Below, in pieces: positions 33,933 through 46,100 of a stretch of DNA of 64,000 bases (position 1 is the stretch's first letter; each line of letters opens with the position of its first letter). The notes beneath the pieces are model-generated. The model did not search any database and was not told where the DNA came from. It worked only from the letters and a program-made list of their open reading frames with translations. This stretch comes from Fistulifera solaris. Lineage: Eukaryota. The stretch is from NCBI GenBank assembly GCA_030295235.1, contig AP026169.1, forward strand, positions 806,001-870,000, read 5' to 3'. Made by a program: the position numbers and the translations under genes.

Positions 33933-34750
33933 CTAACACTCGAGACGAGTGATGGGAAAATCGACAGCCGAAGCATCACTGGCTTGTGCGGCTTGCTCTT
34001 GCTCTTGTCGCTTCACGGCAAGAAGTCGACGAAACTCTACCACAACTTGTTGTCGCGATTTTTTGATTTCATCAACAGCATGCATTGCGGCCGCCAACTC
34101 GCTTTCCGTGATACCCCAATCATCTCGCAGCAACTCAATGCGGCGTTCGGCACTAACAAACAACTCTTGGATCGTACGTTTGCTCTTGCCTTGGCTTATT
34201 ACATCATTGTCATGCGTATCAAAGAGCCATTCCTCCGGTTGTTCAACATAGGACCAATCTAACGTCAGGGAGGTCCCGCCTTACAGGCAGGATTCTCTCC
34301 GACGGTTCGAGCAAACTCGCGTATTTGTACGACACTGAATCGAACAAATCGTGGGTGCATCTTCAAGCCGATTGACGGAGACGAAGGGGCGGACGAGCAG
34401 CACGCCGTTGACAAAGTCGACTTGATGGAAGCATCTTCGTCGCTCGGATTCGTCAACGATAGTGAATCGCATCCGTCCTCTTTCGACATCAGTTTCGGCA
34501 TTCGAAAGCTCATGCGACGTTGCAATCGTTTACCCCATTGCGGACGCGAAACAGATGTCAATGAAAGACGTCGAAGAGACGATCGTCGAGTTCTGAACGA
34601 TACTGTTTCATTCTCGCTTTTGCAAAGACTAAACTTCGTCTCGTCGCGCGATGGGTTGCATGACGGTGCATTCGTCGTTTCGGAACAACACAAGCTCCTC
34701 GATGATGAATGCTTGGCAAGACGCTTTGACGGAAAAGATGGCTTCCACAT
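33933..34750 (-). CDS. Diatom-type unknown protein (VRFS..IREF.RT.GENP...GPPL.L.W motif family)
   Basis: Two ORFs join after a 1-nt loss in a C run near 34268 (GPP-LTLDWSY...ERRIELLRDDWG). Confidence 0.65.
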
Positions 34751-35283
34751 GAGATTGATGTATTAGAAATGACAGACTTTTGTTTGTAAAGAGCAAACCG
34801 ACACCCAGCATTAAGGCTTCCTCCTCGTTTTGTGAGAGATAGTTGATGATTGCTGTTTGCCGCTTCTTTTCCAATAGAGAAAGAAGAATACAGCACAATC
34901 AACTGGGTTCAAGAACACACGAACTGATCTTACTGGTATGTTATGAATAAGGAGAGTAACTGGGGTTCACGAAAATGTGTCACTTGGTTTTTCGTTCTTG
35001 CACACTTCCTCTCTTGTGTTGGGATGCTGTTTGGTAGTAATGAGTCCCGTGGAAAATTTCAAATCCAACAACACGGATCCGAGTACGGATTACATAGTGA
35101 CACGAAAGGAATTCGGCGTTCGAAACGCATCGCGTGACTCCGTTGAATTGACTCACGATACCTGTTCTCCGATTAAGCGAGACACAGTTTAGAAGGCGTC
35201 GAACTCTATCGAGAATCAAGCACGAGTTACATTAGGCTCTAGGATCATTCAACTTAATTATAATAAGCATTTTAACCACAACA

Positions 35284-36597
35284 TCATTGCGACGCGACTA
35301 TTTCTTCTGCAGAAGCACGCCGCGCAGCTCTGCGTTCTAACTTACGTGCACGTTTGAGTTCGGCAGGTGTCATGTTAGCAGGATCGACGGGTGGTGCAGC
35401 AACAGGTTCTTTCATTGGCAAAGGCCTGTTTTCCAGTTCAGTTTGGCCCGCGCTCTTTTCGTTTTTAGCTGCATCGGACGATGTCGACTGCACCTTTTTC
35501 GTTTCCTTGTTACGCGCACCCTTGCGAGACCGCAAATATTTTCGCTCCTCTCGTGCTTGCCGTGAAGCCTGTTCTTGCTCTTGCATCTTTTCACTTTGTA
35601 GACTAATTGTAATACGCTTTCGTTCCAATTCGACAATCCGCGCTGCTGGAATCTCATCGCCGGGCTTGTACAGGTCGTGCGGCGATGCCACAAACTCATC
35701 ACTCAATCGAGATACATGACAAAAAGCATCGATGTGACAGTTGATGTCAACGAAAATACCAAAGTCCTTGACATACACGACTTTTCCTGGATACGATTGC
35801 CCTAAAACAAAGTCTGTGACTGGTTTGCGGCCATGACAATATCGTTTCGCTTTGGTCGGTTCCGAATGTGTTGTGGGGATAACAGCCGAGTTTGATTCAT
35901 CACGTTTGTTGTTGATTTCCTCTCTACTTTTAGCATCCAAGTCTTTTGTTTTGTTTTTATTCGTTTTGGAGGAGGTAACCTTCTCTGTCGAATGTGTCAT
36001 TGCAGCGGGGGCGGATGTTTGCGACTCCTCGGTGATTTCACTAGTCGGTTGTCTTCCACGACGACGTTTTCCTCGTTGACGACGAGCGGGGGCTTCTAAG
36101 TCTATGTCGATATCATCGTCATCGCTATCGACGTTCGTGCTGTTGTGTTTGTCGCCGTGTTCTGTGTTGTTTTTATCAATCATAAACGATACCGAAGCGG
36201 CTGTTTTTGTGGCAGTAGGCTTGTCCTCGGCTACAGGCTGTGCCTTCTTTGTGGTAGATTGTTGTCTTGATGTTTCTTTAATTTTTTCCTTTGTCGAAGG
36301 GCGATTGGGAGGAACACTACCGCGCGAGTTCGTTTGACGTTGATTATCGTTCTGAGATGAAGTCTTTTGCATTCCTTGCTGCTGCTTCTGTTTATGTTTC
36401 TTACTATTTTCGAGTTCCATGATGGCCTTTCTGATTAGCTCTTGTTGTGTGATATCATCTTGAGCTTGTTGTAATTTCCTATGTAAGTGTTTTGGCTTTT
36501 TGCTCTTTTTTGTGGGCGGCTCTTGGTGGGTCGGAACTGTTGTAGATGAGGGCTGCCGCTGATCTTGACGACGTCGTTTGGCACCCGATCCACCCAT
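35284..36597 (-). CDS. S1 RNA-binding domain protein, basic/disordered
   Basis: S1 fold GQSYPGKVVYVKDFGIFVDI...FCHVSRLSDEFV...RITISL, flanked by K/R-rich regions. Confidence 0.85.
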   Translation of the reverse strand: MGGSGAKRRRQDQRQPSSTTVPTHQEPPTKKSKKPKHLHRKLQQAQDDITQQELIRKAIMELENSKKHKQKQQQGMQKTSSQNDNQRQTNSRGSVPPNRPSTKEKIKETSRQQSTTKKAQPVAEDKPTATKTAASVSFMIDKNNTEHGDKHNSTNVDSDDDDIDIDLEAPARRQRGKRRRGRQPTSEITEESQTSAPAAMTHSTEKVTSSKTNKNKTKDLDAKSREEINNKRDESNSAVIPTTHSEPTKAKRYCHGRKPVTDFVLGQSYPGKVVYVKDFGIFVDINCHIDAFCHVSRLSDEFVASPHDLYKPGDEIPAARIVELERKRITISLQSEKMQEQEQASRQAREERKYLRSRKGARNKETKKVQSTSSDAAKNEKSAGQTELENRPLPMKEPVAAPPVDPANMTPAELKRARKLERRAARRASAEEIVASQ

Positions 36598-36630
36598 TGT
36601 AGATTTTTTGTCGGGATTCTATTTATTTAT

Positions 36631-36668
36631 TTACTTTCAATTACTTTCAATTACTTTCAATTACTTTC
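36631..36668. repeat. (TTACTTTCAA)x~3.8 minisatellite just upstream of the S1 gene start
   Basis: Directly visible. Confidence 0.9.
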
Positions 36669-36939
36669 CATACCTCTGTTTGTTACATTCCGCGCGTCGA
36701 GATACGCAATAACTATTTTTGTTCTTTGCTTTTGAGTGGCCCTCTTTTCGCTCGTGACGACGGAAGACGGAAAGACGTAATAAAGTAACACCACTAATAT
36801 TATTCCTAATTTTTTAATCGTCAGAATCTAATCTTGACAATCGACTGAATTTTCCATTTTTCATTCACATATATTTCAGTCTGACACTTCTCTGAGTAAG
36901 CTTTGGTTCTAGTAGACAATCGACAATACGGTGCGGACT

Positions 36940-37353
36940 AGTAGTATATACCGAAGACAACGTTCTCATGAAGACTCTTCCACTTTCAAATAAAATAACG
37001 TGTACTGCAAATGCTGCTGGAGACTATGGTTAATTGCAACAAGGACAAATGAAGTTCAAGATATTTAACTGAGCGATCGAATTGTTGGAGCATTGAGCCC
37101 CGAAAAAATTACTCGTGACTGAAGTGCAGTCGTGGCGAAATACAGACAACACATTGGTCCATAGTAAATACGGAAGACAACGTTTTGCAAGGCTTTTCGT
37201 CGTAACAATTAATGAAGTGTAATGAAAACGCTGTTTAATCTATTTGATCTCCACATTGTAAATGGAACTCATCATATCTTGCTGATTGAACGCAATTGTA
37301 GGCAGTATTGTCACTCGAAAGAAACTGAAGTATAGTCAAGGGGAGGTACAGTC
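36940..37353. repeat. Degenerate ~210-bp tandem duplication in intergenic DNA
   Basis: Collinear anchors: GAAGACAACGTT (36953/37173), GTGTA.TG.AAA.GCTG, AATTGT.GG and ACTGAAGT..AGTC (37118/37324). Confidence 0.6.
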
Positions 37354-37597
37354 GTAAATAAGATGAAAAGGTTTGGCTGATTTCGAGGCATACGGAAATT
37401 CTGATTCTGAACCTCTATGTTTTTGTCAATGAACTACGCTTAACGTTTTTAAATTTAGCCAGCCGCTGGCGCCTAGATTGTTCCGCATGCGGGGTAAGCG
37501 TCAGACCCGTGACTTAATAACGCGCGACTGTTACGCACTCGCACCCACATACATTCAATTCATTTTCGTATTATTTCTAGCGTATATGTGTGGGATT

Positions 37598-38608
37598 TTA
37601 AGAACTATCGGAGTTATAGTCGACAAGAGACGAGTCGAGTCTGTGTGATGGCTGTAACTCAAAAGCTTGTATTTGTCGACGTTCTCGTGGATGCGGCGAT
37701 TTTGAACCATGTAAATCAGATTGTGACTCTACTTTGATGGACTGCGCCTCGATCGAAGATATCACGTCAGGACATGGTGCACACGGCGATGATGATTCTG
37801 TTCGGTTCGTCTTCCGAGACACAAAGATAGAACCTTGTCGCAATTTCTTTAACTGATGCTTTTGCTTATATGATGCAGAGGTACCATACGTGGTTTCCTT
37901 TGCTCGTACTTGATCCACTTTGCTGCTCGATGTCAATAACCTCGTGCGATGCGGATTCCATCCACATTTCTTTGACAATTGAGTCTGTAAGTTTTGGCGT
38001 TGACGTTTGGCGCGATGGATAGCACGTAGTTGTGCGTTACTGTCAGCATCATTCAAGAAACGTTCATTTCGATCTTTTTGTAAAAGAGGTAGTTGCGCTT
38101 GCTCTTGCTGCAGCAGCTGCCTGCGTTCAATCGCTTTTACTGGATCCTCCGCCGTTGCTTCATCGATAGCACGGTCTTGATGTGATTCATTGCGCTGCAA
38201 CTTTTGTAGTCCTTGTATAAAAACAAACTGTTGATGCAAGGGATCGGTCCTAATTATGAATTCTTGTGTGTGACACACCCGACATTTCATGTGAAATTCC
38301 CAAGTATCATCCGTTGCATTGGAAGTCGTAGACGACGAAGCAATTTTGTTATGAACTAGAGCATCGGTCGGACGTCGCTTCACAGCATTATAACGTGTTC
38401 CGCGACTGATATATGCATCACAATTTTGACACAATGCATTGTACGGCAATTCAAAACGAACGGTCTTGTGTGTGTTAGTAAAAGAATTTCCTTGCTGCTG
38501 TTTGTGATACCATTGATTCTTCGTTAATTTCGGATTCTTTTGCGCCGCTTCGTAATACTCGGGCGGCAAATAATAGCCATCGGCTTGAGTGGCGGCCAAT
38601 GAAGACAT
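37598..38608 (-). CDS. YJU2B: CWC16/Yju2-family splicing factor (CCDC130/YJU2B-like)
   Basis: MSSLAATQADGYYLPP, VRFELPYNALCQNC...GTRYNA, WEFHMKCRVC and IRTDP. Confidence 0.85.
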   Translation of the reverse strand: MSSLAATQADGYYLPPEYYEAAQKNPKLTKNQWYHKQQQGNSFTNTHKTVRFELPYNALCQNCDAYISRGTRYNAVKRRPTDALVHNKIASSSTTSNATDDTWEFHMKCRVCHTQEFIIRTDPLHQQFVFIQGLQKLQRNESHQDRAIDEATAEDPVKAIERRQLLQQEQAQLPLLQKDRNERFLNDADSNAQLRAIHRAKRQRQNLQTQLSKKCGWNPHRTRLLTSSSKVDQVRAKETTYGTSASYKQKHQLKKLRQGSIFVSRKTNRTESSSPCAPCPDVISSIEAQSIKVESQSDLHGSKSPHPRERRQIQAFELQPSHRLDSSLVDYNSDSS

Positions 38609-39183
38609 GTAAATGCTAATGAATAAAAACGGATGAAATGAGGTTACTCGAAGGCAAAAGTTTGCGCTCGAAAAACGAATAGACACAATGCGAGTTTTTG
38701 TTTTCCTCATTTCGGTTACGGTGAGACACAACGAGAAAGCTACTCTCATTCCAACTGTAGGCGACCTTTTTCAAGACTGGATTTCAGTCATGAGTCATAA
38801 GGTATCGCGAGTTTGGTATAGAAGGTCCACGTTGATTTGTGCGACTATTTTCGTTGTAGAATCCTTTCTTGTCGAAAATCTGTTTGCTTGTTTGGAATTG
38901 AATGAGTCGAACAGGAATTTGTACGATTGCTTTTCTCAAATGACACGTGATTCAATCAGATAATCCAGTCTTGCAGAAAACGGTCAATATTTTGGCCTTT
39001 GGCCTATAGTACAAAGTATCATACATCTGCCCTTTGCACTTTCACCGAAAGCGCGAAAAGATACCTCCTCGCCAATCGCGCATAATAACCACCACAATGA
39101 GAACACAACCTTCATACCAGTAATCCACAAGTCAGCATTATACAGCTCTCACACAACAAATCACCTTTGATATCCAGAAACAA

Positions 39184-39795
39184 ATGAAGTTTTCTATGCT
39201 TGGTAGTTTGCTGATCGTGGCCTCCACGAGCACAGTAAGGGTCCACGCGTTCAGTACAAACAATCGTCCCAGGGTTGCCCTACCGAGCAGTAACACTCTC
39301 GAAGAATGCCCATTCGCCGGAAATATCGGCTTTGATCCATTACATCTCGCTACTTCTCGTCGTGCTCTATGGCATTATCGAGAATCGGAAATCAAACACG
39401 CTCGTTTGGCCATGATAGCTTCGTTGTTGTTGTTGATCGTCGAGCAAGATGTTTCTCCTTGGTGGTATGACTCGTTCGAATTCGACGCTTCACTAGTCGG
39501 CGATGCAGAGACCCTGCTAAAACGTATTAAACCTGTGTGGTGGGGTGCTTGTGCCGGCCTCATGGCTTTGTGCGAATTACAGACGCACGAACGAGACGAA
39601 ATAGCGAGTCAAAGTCATTATGGAAATTATGCACCGGGTCATCTGGGATGGGATCCGTTACATTTATATCCTGACAAAAACAATCTGCTGATTCAACAAA
39701 TGTATCTAAGTAGTGAAATCTGGTCTGGTCGAGTGGCCATGTTGGGTATGGTTGCTCCATTGAGTCAGCAAGGATACGAATGGCTAAGTGAATAA
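39184..39795 (+). CDS. Divergent light-harvesting complex (FCP/LHC, Lhcz-like) protein
   Basis: Presequence VHA-F. GFDPLHL, YRESEIKHARLAM and PGHLGWDPLHLYP. Helix 3 is degenerate (SEIWSGRVAM). Confidence 0.85.
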   Translation: MKFSMLGSLLIVASTSTVRVHAFSTNNRPRVALPSSNTLEECPFAGNIGFDPLHLATSRRALWHYRESEIKHARLAMIASLLLLIVEQDVSPWWYDSFEFDASLVGDAETLLKRIKPVWWGACAGLMALCELQTHERDEIASQSHYGNYAPGHLGWDPLHLYPDKNNLLIQQMYLSSEIWSGRVAMLGMVAPLSQQGYEWLSE

Positions 39796-40289
39796 ACTGG
39801 TCTCGCGTCGAATTGTCCACAGAACTCAATTACTAAGCCGCCTTACATATAGATAGACATTGTTAAACACTTTGACTCTTTGATAAGAGACGACTGATAG
39901 CGGGTGAGGAGGAGGTCATCCGAAATCGAGGAAAGTAATGGTCTTCAGCAACATTGTAGCTGGAAAACAGACGCATTTACTGCAAAAAAAAACGTTCAAC
40001 ATAACTAAATGCTATTTCATAAATTCTAATTCAGCAACGCTAGAGAAAAGCTGTCCATAGTTTGACCTATGGATCATGAATGAGTCAGTCGTCGCGTACT
40101 TGTATTTCGATTGTATCTGCTCAATTTTCATTCATGACTGAAATGTAGTCGTGGTTGTGCGCCGCCTTTTTTATTATTCATCTTCCTTAATATCAATAAT
40201 CCAGCCAGAAAATACAACTTGCCAGCATCCCACCATCTTTTTTCTCTTTTTATTAAAAAGCCTGTTCCGTCGAATACGAAGGAAAAGAA

Positions 40290-41816
40290 ATGACATCAAA
40301 AGGGACGGCGACGACAGGAATCTCTTCACATTTCTCCTTGACGATGCTCGTCACAGCCACGACGACAGGTGCTTTTTTGGGTGCCTTGATTAGTCGCTGG
40401 TGGTACTTGTCTTCCAGCAAAGCAACAGAACCAAAAACGGTTTCCTCCAAGACAAGATTTGCTTCCAGCAGCTCGACGTCTCGTTTGAATCCAGCAACGA
40501 ACAACAATACGATCCCCCGTCACATTCGTAAAGAACAATTATCACGGCACGAGTTGTACTTTGGAGAAGAAGGCTTGCAACAACTGCAGAAAACACGCAT
40601 TTGTGTCGTCGGATTAGGAGGTGTGGGGAGTCATACCGTCATGGCTTTAGCTCGGGGAGGCATTGGCTACTTGCGCATCATCGATCACGATCAAGTGACA
40701 CTGAGTTCGTTGAATCGACACGCTGTCGCGACTTTGGCGGACGTGGGTATTCCGAAAGCCGTTGCCTTGCAGAATTCGATGCGTCAAATATGTCCGGATC
40801 CGCATTATTTACGAGTTGATCCCCGCGTTGAAATGTATACGGCCGAGACGGCTGCTGCGTTACTCGACTATGATGAAGATGGTCAACTTTGTTCTTGGGA
40901 TTTGGTGATTGACGCGATCGATGATATTCCCACCAAGGCACATTTGATTCAGCATTGCTTGCAACGGAATATTCCGGTCATTTCGTGTATGGGAGCAGGT
41001 GGAAAGTCTGATTTTACACGTTTGTGCGTGTCCGATTTGCGATCGGCGGCGAAAGATCCCTTGGCGACAAAATTGAAACAAACTTTGAAACAGTTACTCG
41101 CGAAACAAAGCAACAGCACAGCTGGCAACATCAACATGGACAATTATCTAGATGACATGAACAAACTAACAGTCTTGTACAATTCCGAGAAACCCGTTGT
41201 GAAACTCGCCGATTTCACGGCATCGCAGAAAGCCCATGGTGTTCAACACTTTGGTGCCGTTGAAGGGATGAGGATTCGTATTTTACCTGTTTTGGGGACG
41301 ACACCGTCGATTATGGGACAAGCTTTGGCTGCGTATGCCTTGACGGAATGTGGAGGGAAACCATTGGCGCAACCTGTGACCGGCGAACGCGTAGGGAAGA
41401 ATGTTCGTAACAAACTGTTTCAAAAATTAGAACATCGGGAACAAGGAATTGCGCACCACTATGATCCGCAGCGAATGTATTCACGGGATGAACCGACGGT
41501 TTTAATGCTACACGATGGGAAGCAAGTGTGGATAGGACCTTTGCAAGTGGATCAAGATGACATTGATTACTTGATGCAAGTGTGGAGGAATCGATGCGCA
41601 ATCACACAAGCCAGGTTGGGAACAATTTTCCATCTGGTGCGTTGGGATGTTTCTCAACCGAGTGACTTGCACAACCTAGTGTTAATCAGTGCGGGTGCCT
41701 TGCAAAAGTACGACGACCCATCCAACTATCTTCGTAGTTGGGAAATGATACCTGATGATGTTCGAGAGACAATCGAATTACGTCTCCAAGCTATTCGCCA
41801 AGTTCAAGAGTTCTAA
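40290..41816 (+). CDS. TCD: tRNA threonylcarbamoyladenosine dehydratase (TcdA/TCD1-2, ThiF/E1-like)
   Basis: N-terminal TM, EQLSR...YFG, VVGLGGVGS, DHDQVTLSSLNRH, DAIDD, SCMGAGGK, DPLA, SEKP and RILPVLG. Confidence 0.92.
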   Translation: MTSKGTATTGISSHFSLTMLVTATTTGAFLGALISRWWYLSSSKATEPKTVSSKTRFASSSSTSRLNPATNNNTIPRHIRKEQLSRHELYFGEEGLQQLQKTRICVVGLGGVGSHTVMALARGGIGYLRIIDHDQVTLSSLNRHAVATLADVGIPKAVALQNSMRQICPDPHYLRVDPRVEMYTAETAAALLDYDEDGQLCSWDLVIDAIDDIPTKAHLIQHCLQRNIPVISCMGAGGKSDFTRLCVSDLRSAAKDPLATKLKQTLKQLLAKQSNSTAGNINMDNYLDDMNKLTVLYNSEKPVVKLADFTASQKAHGVQHFGAVEGMRIRILPVLGTTPSIMGQALAAYALTECGGKPLAQPVTGERVGKNVRNKLFQKLEHREQGIAHHYDPQRMYSRDEPTVLMLHDGKQVWIGPLQVDQDDIDYLMQVWRNRCAITQARLGTIFHLVRWDVSQPSDLHNLVLISAGALQKYDDPSNYLRSWEMIPDDVRETIELRLQAIRQVQEF

Positions 41817-41902
41817 GAGGAAAAAGGTTCAAAAACAAACAAATGATAGTAGAGTTATAGAAGATCCGACGAGTCTTTTGGCACAAGTCCTTTCCCCTCG
41901 AT

Positions 41903-42475
41903 TTAGGTTGTCATCAATGCTTTAAACTCCTCAAACGAAATCTGCCCATCTCCATTCGTATCCACTTCGTCCATCATCGCATCCAGCTCTCCTTCCGTTA
42001 GTGCCTGTCCCAATTTTTTCATGAGTCTCTTCAACTCTTTTCGATCAATTGCCCCCGACCCATCCGAGTCGAAGACAGCAAATGCTTCGCGTAATTCATC
42101 GTCGTGGTCGCGTTTCCCAATTCTTGATTTCATCAATGTAAGAAACTCCGGGAAATCAATTTCGTGATCCCCATTATCATCGACGGAAGAAATCATTTCA
42201 ATGAGATCTTCTTCGGTTGGACTTTGTCCCAACTTTCGCATTATTTGTTGCAATTCTTTCAATTCGATCGTTCCTTGACAAGAGAGAAAAAAGGAGGATT
42301 GTGTGAGGGGCATGCGCACTAGAAGACCTAACGCTGTGCTTTGGTCTTTGTTACTCCCATTTGACATACCATCTCCATTAATATCAAACATAGCGAAGGC
42401 TTCCTTCAAATCGGCAATTTGCTCTTCCGTCAAATCATCATGGTCTTTATTCTTGCTACTTGATGATTTGGACAT
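41903..42475 (-). CDS. Calmodulin-like protein (4 EF-hands)
   Basis: [15 protein letters not shown] loops DINGDG|TIELKE (96-nt intron 42369-42274), [24 protein letters not shown] and [12 protein letters not shown]. Confidence 0.93.
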   Translation of the reverse strand: MSKSSSSKNKDHDDLTEEQIADLKEAFAMFDINGDGMSNGSNKDQSTALGLLVRMPLTQSSFFLSCQGTIELKELQQIMRKLGQSPTEEDLIEMISSVDDNGDHEIDFPEFLTLMKSRIGKRDHDDELREAFAVFDSDGSGAIDRKELKRLMKKLGQALTEGELDAMMDEVDTNGDGQISFEEFKALMTT

Positions 42476-43166
42476 GTTGATTGATTGATGATACTTTGTA
42501 TGAAACCAAATTGAAATGATTCGTTGTTGATAAGATTGTAAATACAAGTTGGTCCGAGTCCCCTTGGGTGACACTTGCAAAGGAACGAGGTGTCTTTCGG
42601 AGGTTGGAGAATACAAAATAATAATGAAAGATGATGTGATGCGGACAAGACATTTGACATTTGGCTCCTCTACATTCCGCGAAAAGACCGACTATGACCC
42701 TCTAGGTTTACCGTAAGTACTATAGTGCATCATTTTCCCGCCACTCCGTCTCTGCAAGACTGGATGATGGATTGAGTCGTACACAGTGTCTGGTTCGTGT
42801 TTTGAAATTTGAAACATGCGCCTGACTGAGTTTTCGTCGGAAGGCCGTACGGACGTCAGCAGGATTCCGGTCCCATCGTTTCAGCTACTATCCTTTGTAG
42901 TGTGGGACCCCCTGTGTTTTTGAATGGTTCTTAGACATTGTGTCCGTACGACTGCCGCAAACACGTTGCGATGCCGCAAGGAATGCTACGTGGAATCTCT
43001 ACAGGAAAAAGCGTCGTAGTGCAGCCAATTACATGAGCAGCATACCAGTAACAAGTAATAACAACCCAACAAAAGCAACCCCATTGCCATTGATCCGGGT
43101 CTGTTACGATTGATTGCTTATTTTCATTAATTCATTCCTTAAAATATCTTTTTGATTCTTTGCTCC

Positions 43167-46100
43167 ATGCAGGAAGTAGACGAAAACAATATTACAAAGA
43201 ATGATGATCACAATGATACAGTAATTGCGACAGAAAAGGCAATGGAGTCGGTGAGCAGCAAGGATGCTCTCGAAACAGAAAGAAACAATTCAAACGATGA
43301 TGACGTTGTTATGAAAGATGCAGAAGAAGCAGAACAAGATAGGAATTTACACGATAATTACAATGAAAATATCACGAAAGATGAAACAGCGGCGCATGTA
43401 GAAAATGGATCCACGGCGTCGCCAGAAATAGATAGCAATGACAATCACCGAACAAACACAGTAATAAAGGAAGAGGACGCGAATGATGCACACAATAGCA
43501 ATGACATTACAAACGGAGAAGCAGACATGGAGAGGCAGCAAGGTCAGCAGCGACAACAACCGGTAGATACACCGGCTTCCTCGTCCGCAGAGCACAAAAA
43601 GGATACTATCGAGAAACCAGCAGCACCCGCACCGCCTCCGCCTGTCATGAAAGGAACCTTGTCGTGTGATATAGATCATCGTCGTCATCTCATTCGTGGG
43701 ATGTGGAACTACGAAAACTCAAATGTATTTCCGCCTCAGCCGTTTGAACTCGTACGAAATTTGGGGCCTGACGAAGATAAGGAAGATTTGACTAAGGATG
43801 CCGAGTTTCACGGTTCCTTCCGTCTAGCTTACTTCCATACTACGTCAAAAGGGAAACAAAAAGAGCGAATCAAAGTAATACAAGAGACCGGAGTCAATGT
43901 GAAATTCACAAAAGTGGAGGGGAATGACGACGAATACAAAGTGGACGGAAAAGGGACGAATCAATTTGGTATTTTTCACATTTACGGGACAGCAACACGC
44001 AGTAAAATGGAAGGTGATAATTCTTTGAGTGTCGTTTTGCGAAAACGCTACGAAGTAGCCGATCAACCCGCTGCAGCTTCCACTTCGACGACGCCGAACG
44101 TCGTCACGTCATCTTTGGCAATAACCTCGGTAGAAACAGACAATGGCCCGCTTCCACCTCCGGCGACTTCCTTTGCAACGGGCGTCGTCTGCTTGAGAGG
44201 AAAGATACATCAAGAAACATCGGCGGAATTGGGAATCGAGGATGTCGTTTACCGTATTAGTGGCATGTGGTCGACCGGTCTCGATAAAATCTTGGAGGAC
44301 CCGGACAATACCAAAGGCCTCTGCAATCGGTTCGAATACGAGCACAAGAGCTCACAGCCGTCTTCTACGTTCCCAGTGTCTGGGCGGTACAGTGGATGGT
44401 TTGATTTGAGTGCGGAAGATGGAAGCAGAACCAGGATCAACGAGAGAGACGTCACTTTGAAGTTTCGCAAAAACAGTGAGGGATACCACAATGTCGAAGG
44501 GAAGGGAAGCAATGTATTTGGAAAATACAGTATCACAGGAACTTTGACTTCGGACCATATTCTGACGATTTTCCGTCATTTCCAACCCCGTAAGATCAAG
44601 TCTTCGAGCAAAGTTGCGGTAGCGCCAGCTTCGGGAGCCCCGAACGGTAGTACGGTCCGTCGGCCTTCTCTTTCCATGGAGGATGCGAAGCTGAAATTAG
44701 ACGATGTGCAACTACCAGAAAGTGAAACTCCTGATGCAATTACACCGCCCGCGAATGGAAGCTACTCGGCGGTGTCGAGGGGTGTTCTGCGGGTGAATCC
44801 AGACGGATCCCACAGCTGTCAGGGCAAATGGGCCGAAATGAGAGACCACTTCAACACAGGGCAGACAAGCCCCTTTAGTTTTCGCTTGGAAGCTCACTTT
44901 GCTACAGAATCGCCGGATGGATCGGAGCAACGGTCATTTCCTCAAGATTCACCCATGTACAGAGGAACTTTTCAACTCAAGAAGGGCGGGTCAAGGTATA
45001 CTACGGTGGTCGACCAGCAAATAGTCATGAAGTTTCAGTTAAACAACCAAGGATCCTTCAACGTTCATGGTAAAGGGATAAACGCCATCGGAGAATTCGC
45101 GTTGATTGGCACTTTGATTATGAGTGGCAAAACTGGCGGTCAGGTTGAACTTTACCGCATGTATCCACAAGAAAAACTCGCAGCTCCGCCACCACCTATT
45201 AAGTCGGCTACGGAAAACGGCACTTCGAGTTCTTTGCCAGGACCAGAGACCGCAGCGCCTCCGAAGATACCCGCTCCGTCCCATTTGCCAATGCAGCGAC
45301 GGGAGTCATCTCGCTTAGTAAAATTGCCGTCGCGTTTGGAAGACGATGATCCGTCAGCTCAACTTAGTCGAATCATGGAGAAGTGTTCTCAAATTCTTCG
45401 TATCATTCGTGAAAAAGATGTCGAATTGGGCGCCTTCTTCTCAGAGCCAGTGGACCCTGTCGCCCTCGGCATCCCTACATACTTCCAGATTGTGAAGGAG
45501 CCCATGGATTTGCGAACGATTAACAGGAGGATGGAAGCGAATCAGGTCGACTCGCCCGAAGAATTTGCACGCCTCGTCAGGCTTGTTTTCGAGAACGCCA
45601 TGACTTTTAATATTGACCCTGCTCATTCGGTTCACCAAGCTGCTCGCAACCTCCTTGTGCTTTTTTAATCAAAAGTTTCGAGATGCAGAGCGTACGATTC
45701 AAAACATTAGGAGGTCTCATGGAGATGAATTGAAAAAGAAAGATGATAAAAAACGCAGACGGGGCGAAGAGCTGATCAGTCTGAAGCAACGCCGGTTGGA
45801 AGAGGCTAAGGCGATGTCAGCTTCTAATGCAAGTGCTATTGCAGCTTTAGTGGCGGCGGCACCGATTGATGATCCTCTAAATGTGACGCGTTCTGAGTTC
45901 TTGAAGCTCATTGATGTCATTCAGCAACTTCAGCAACAAGTTGTTCAAACGCACACTGCTCTTGCAGAACTTTGTCCAGGTGATGAGAGTGACATGAAGG
46001 TGTCCAGTTTAACGGCCTATCCCAGTACAAACTCCATTCCACAGTCAATAACACCAGCGTTTGATACAAAAAAGAAACAAGTGCGACGAAAGTCGGAGAA

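Noticed and set aside
37455..37530. GC-rich short hairpin-like stretch considered as a tRNA or ncRNA
   Set aside because: No T-loop GTTCRA or cloverleaf.
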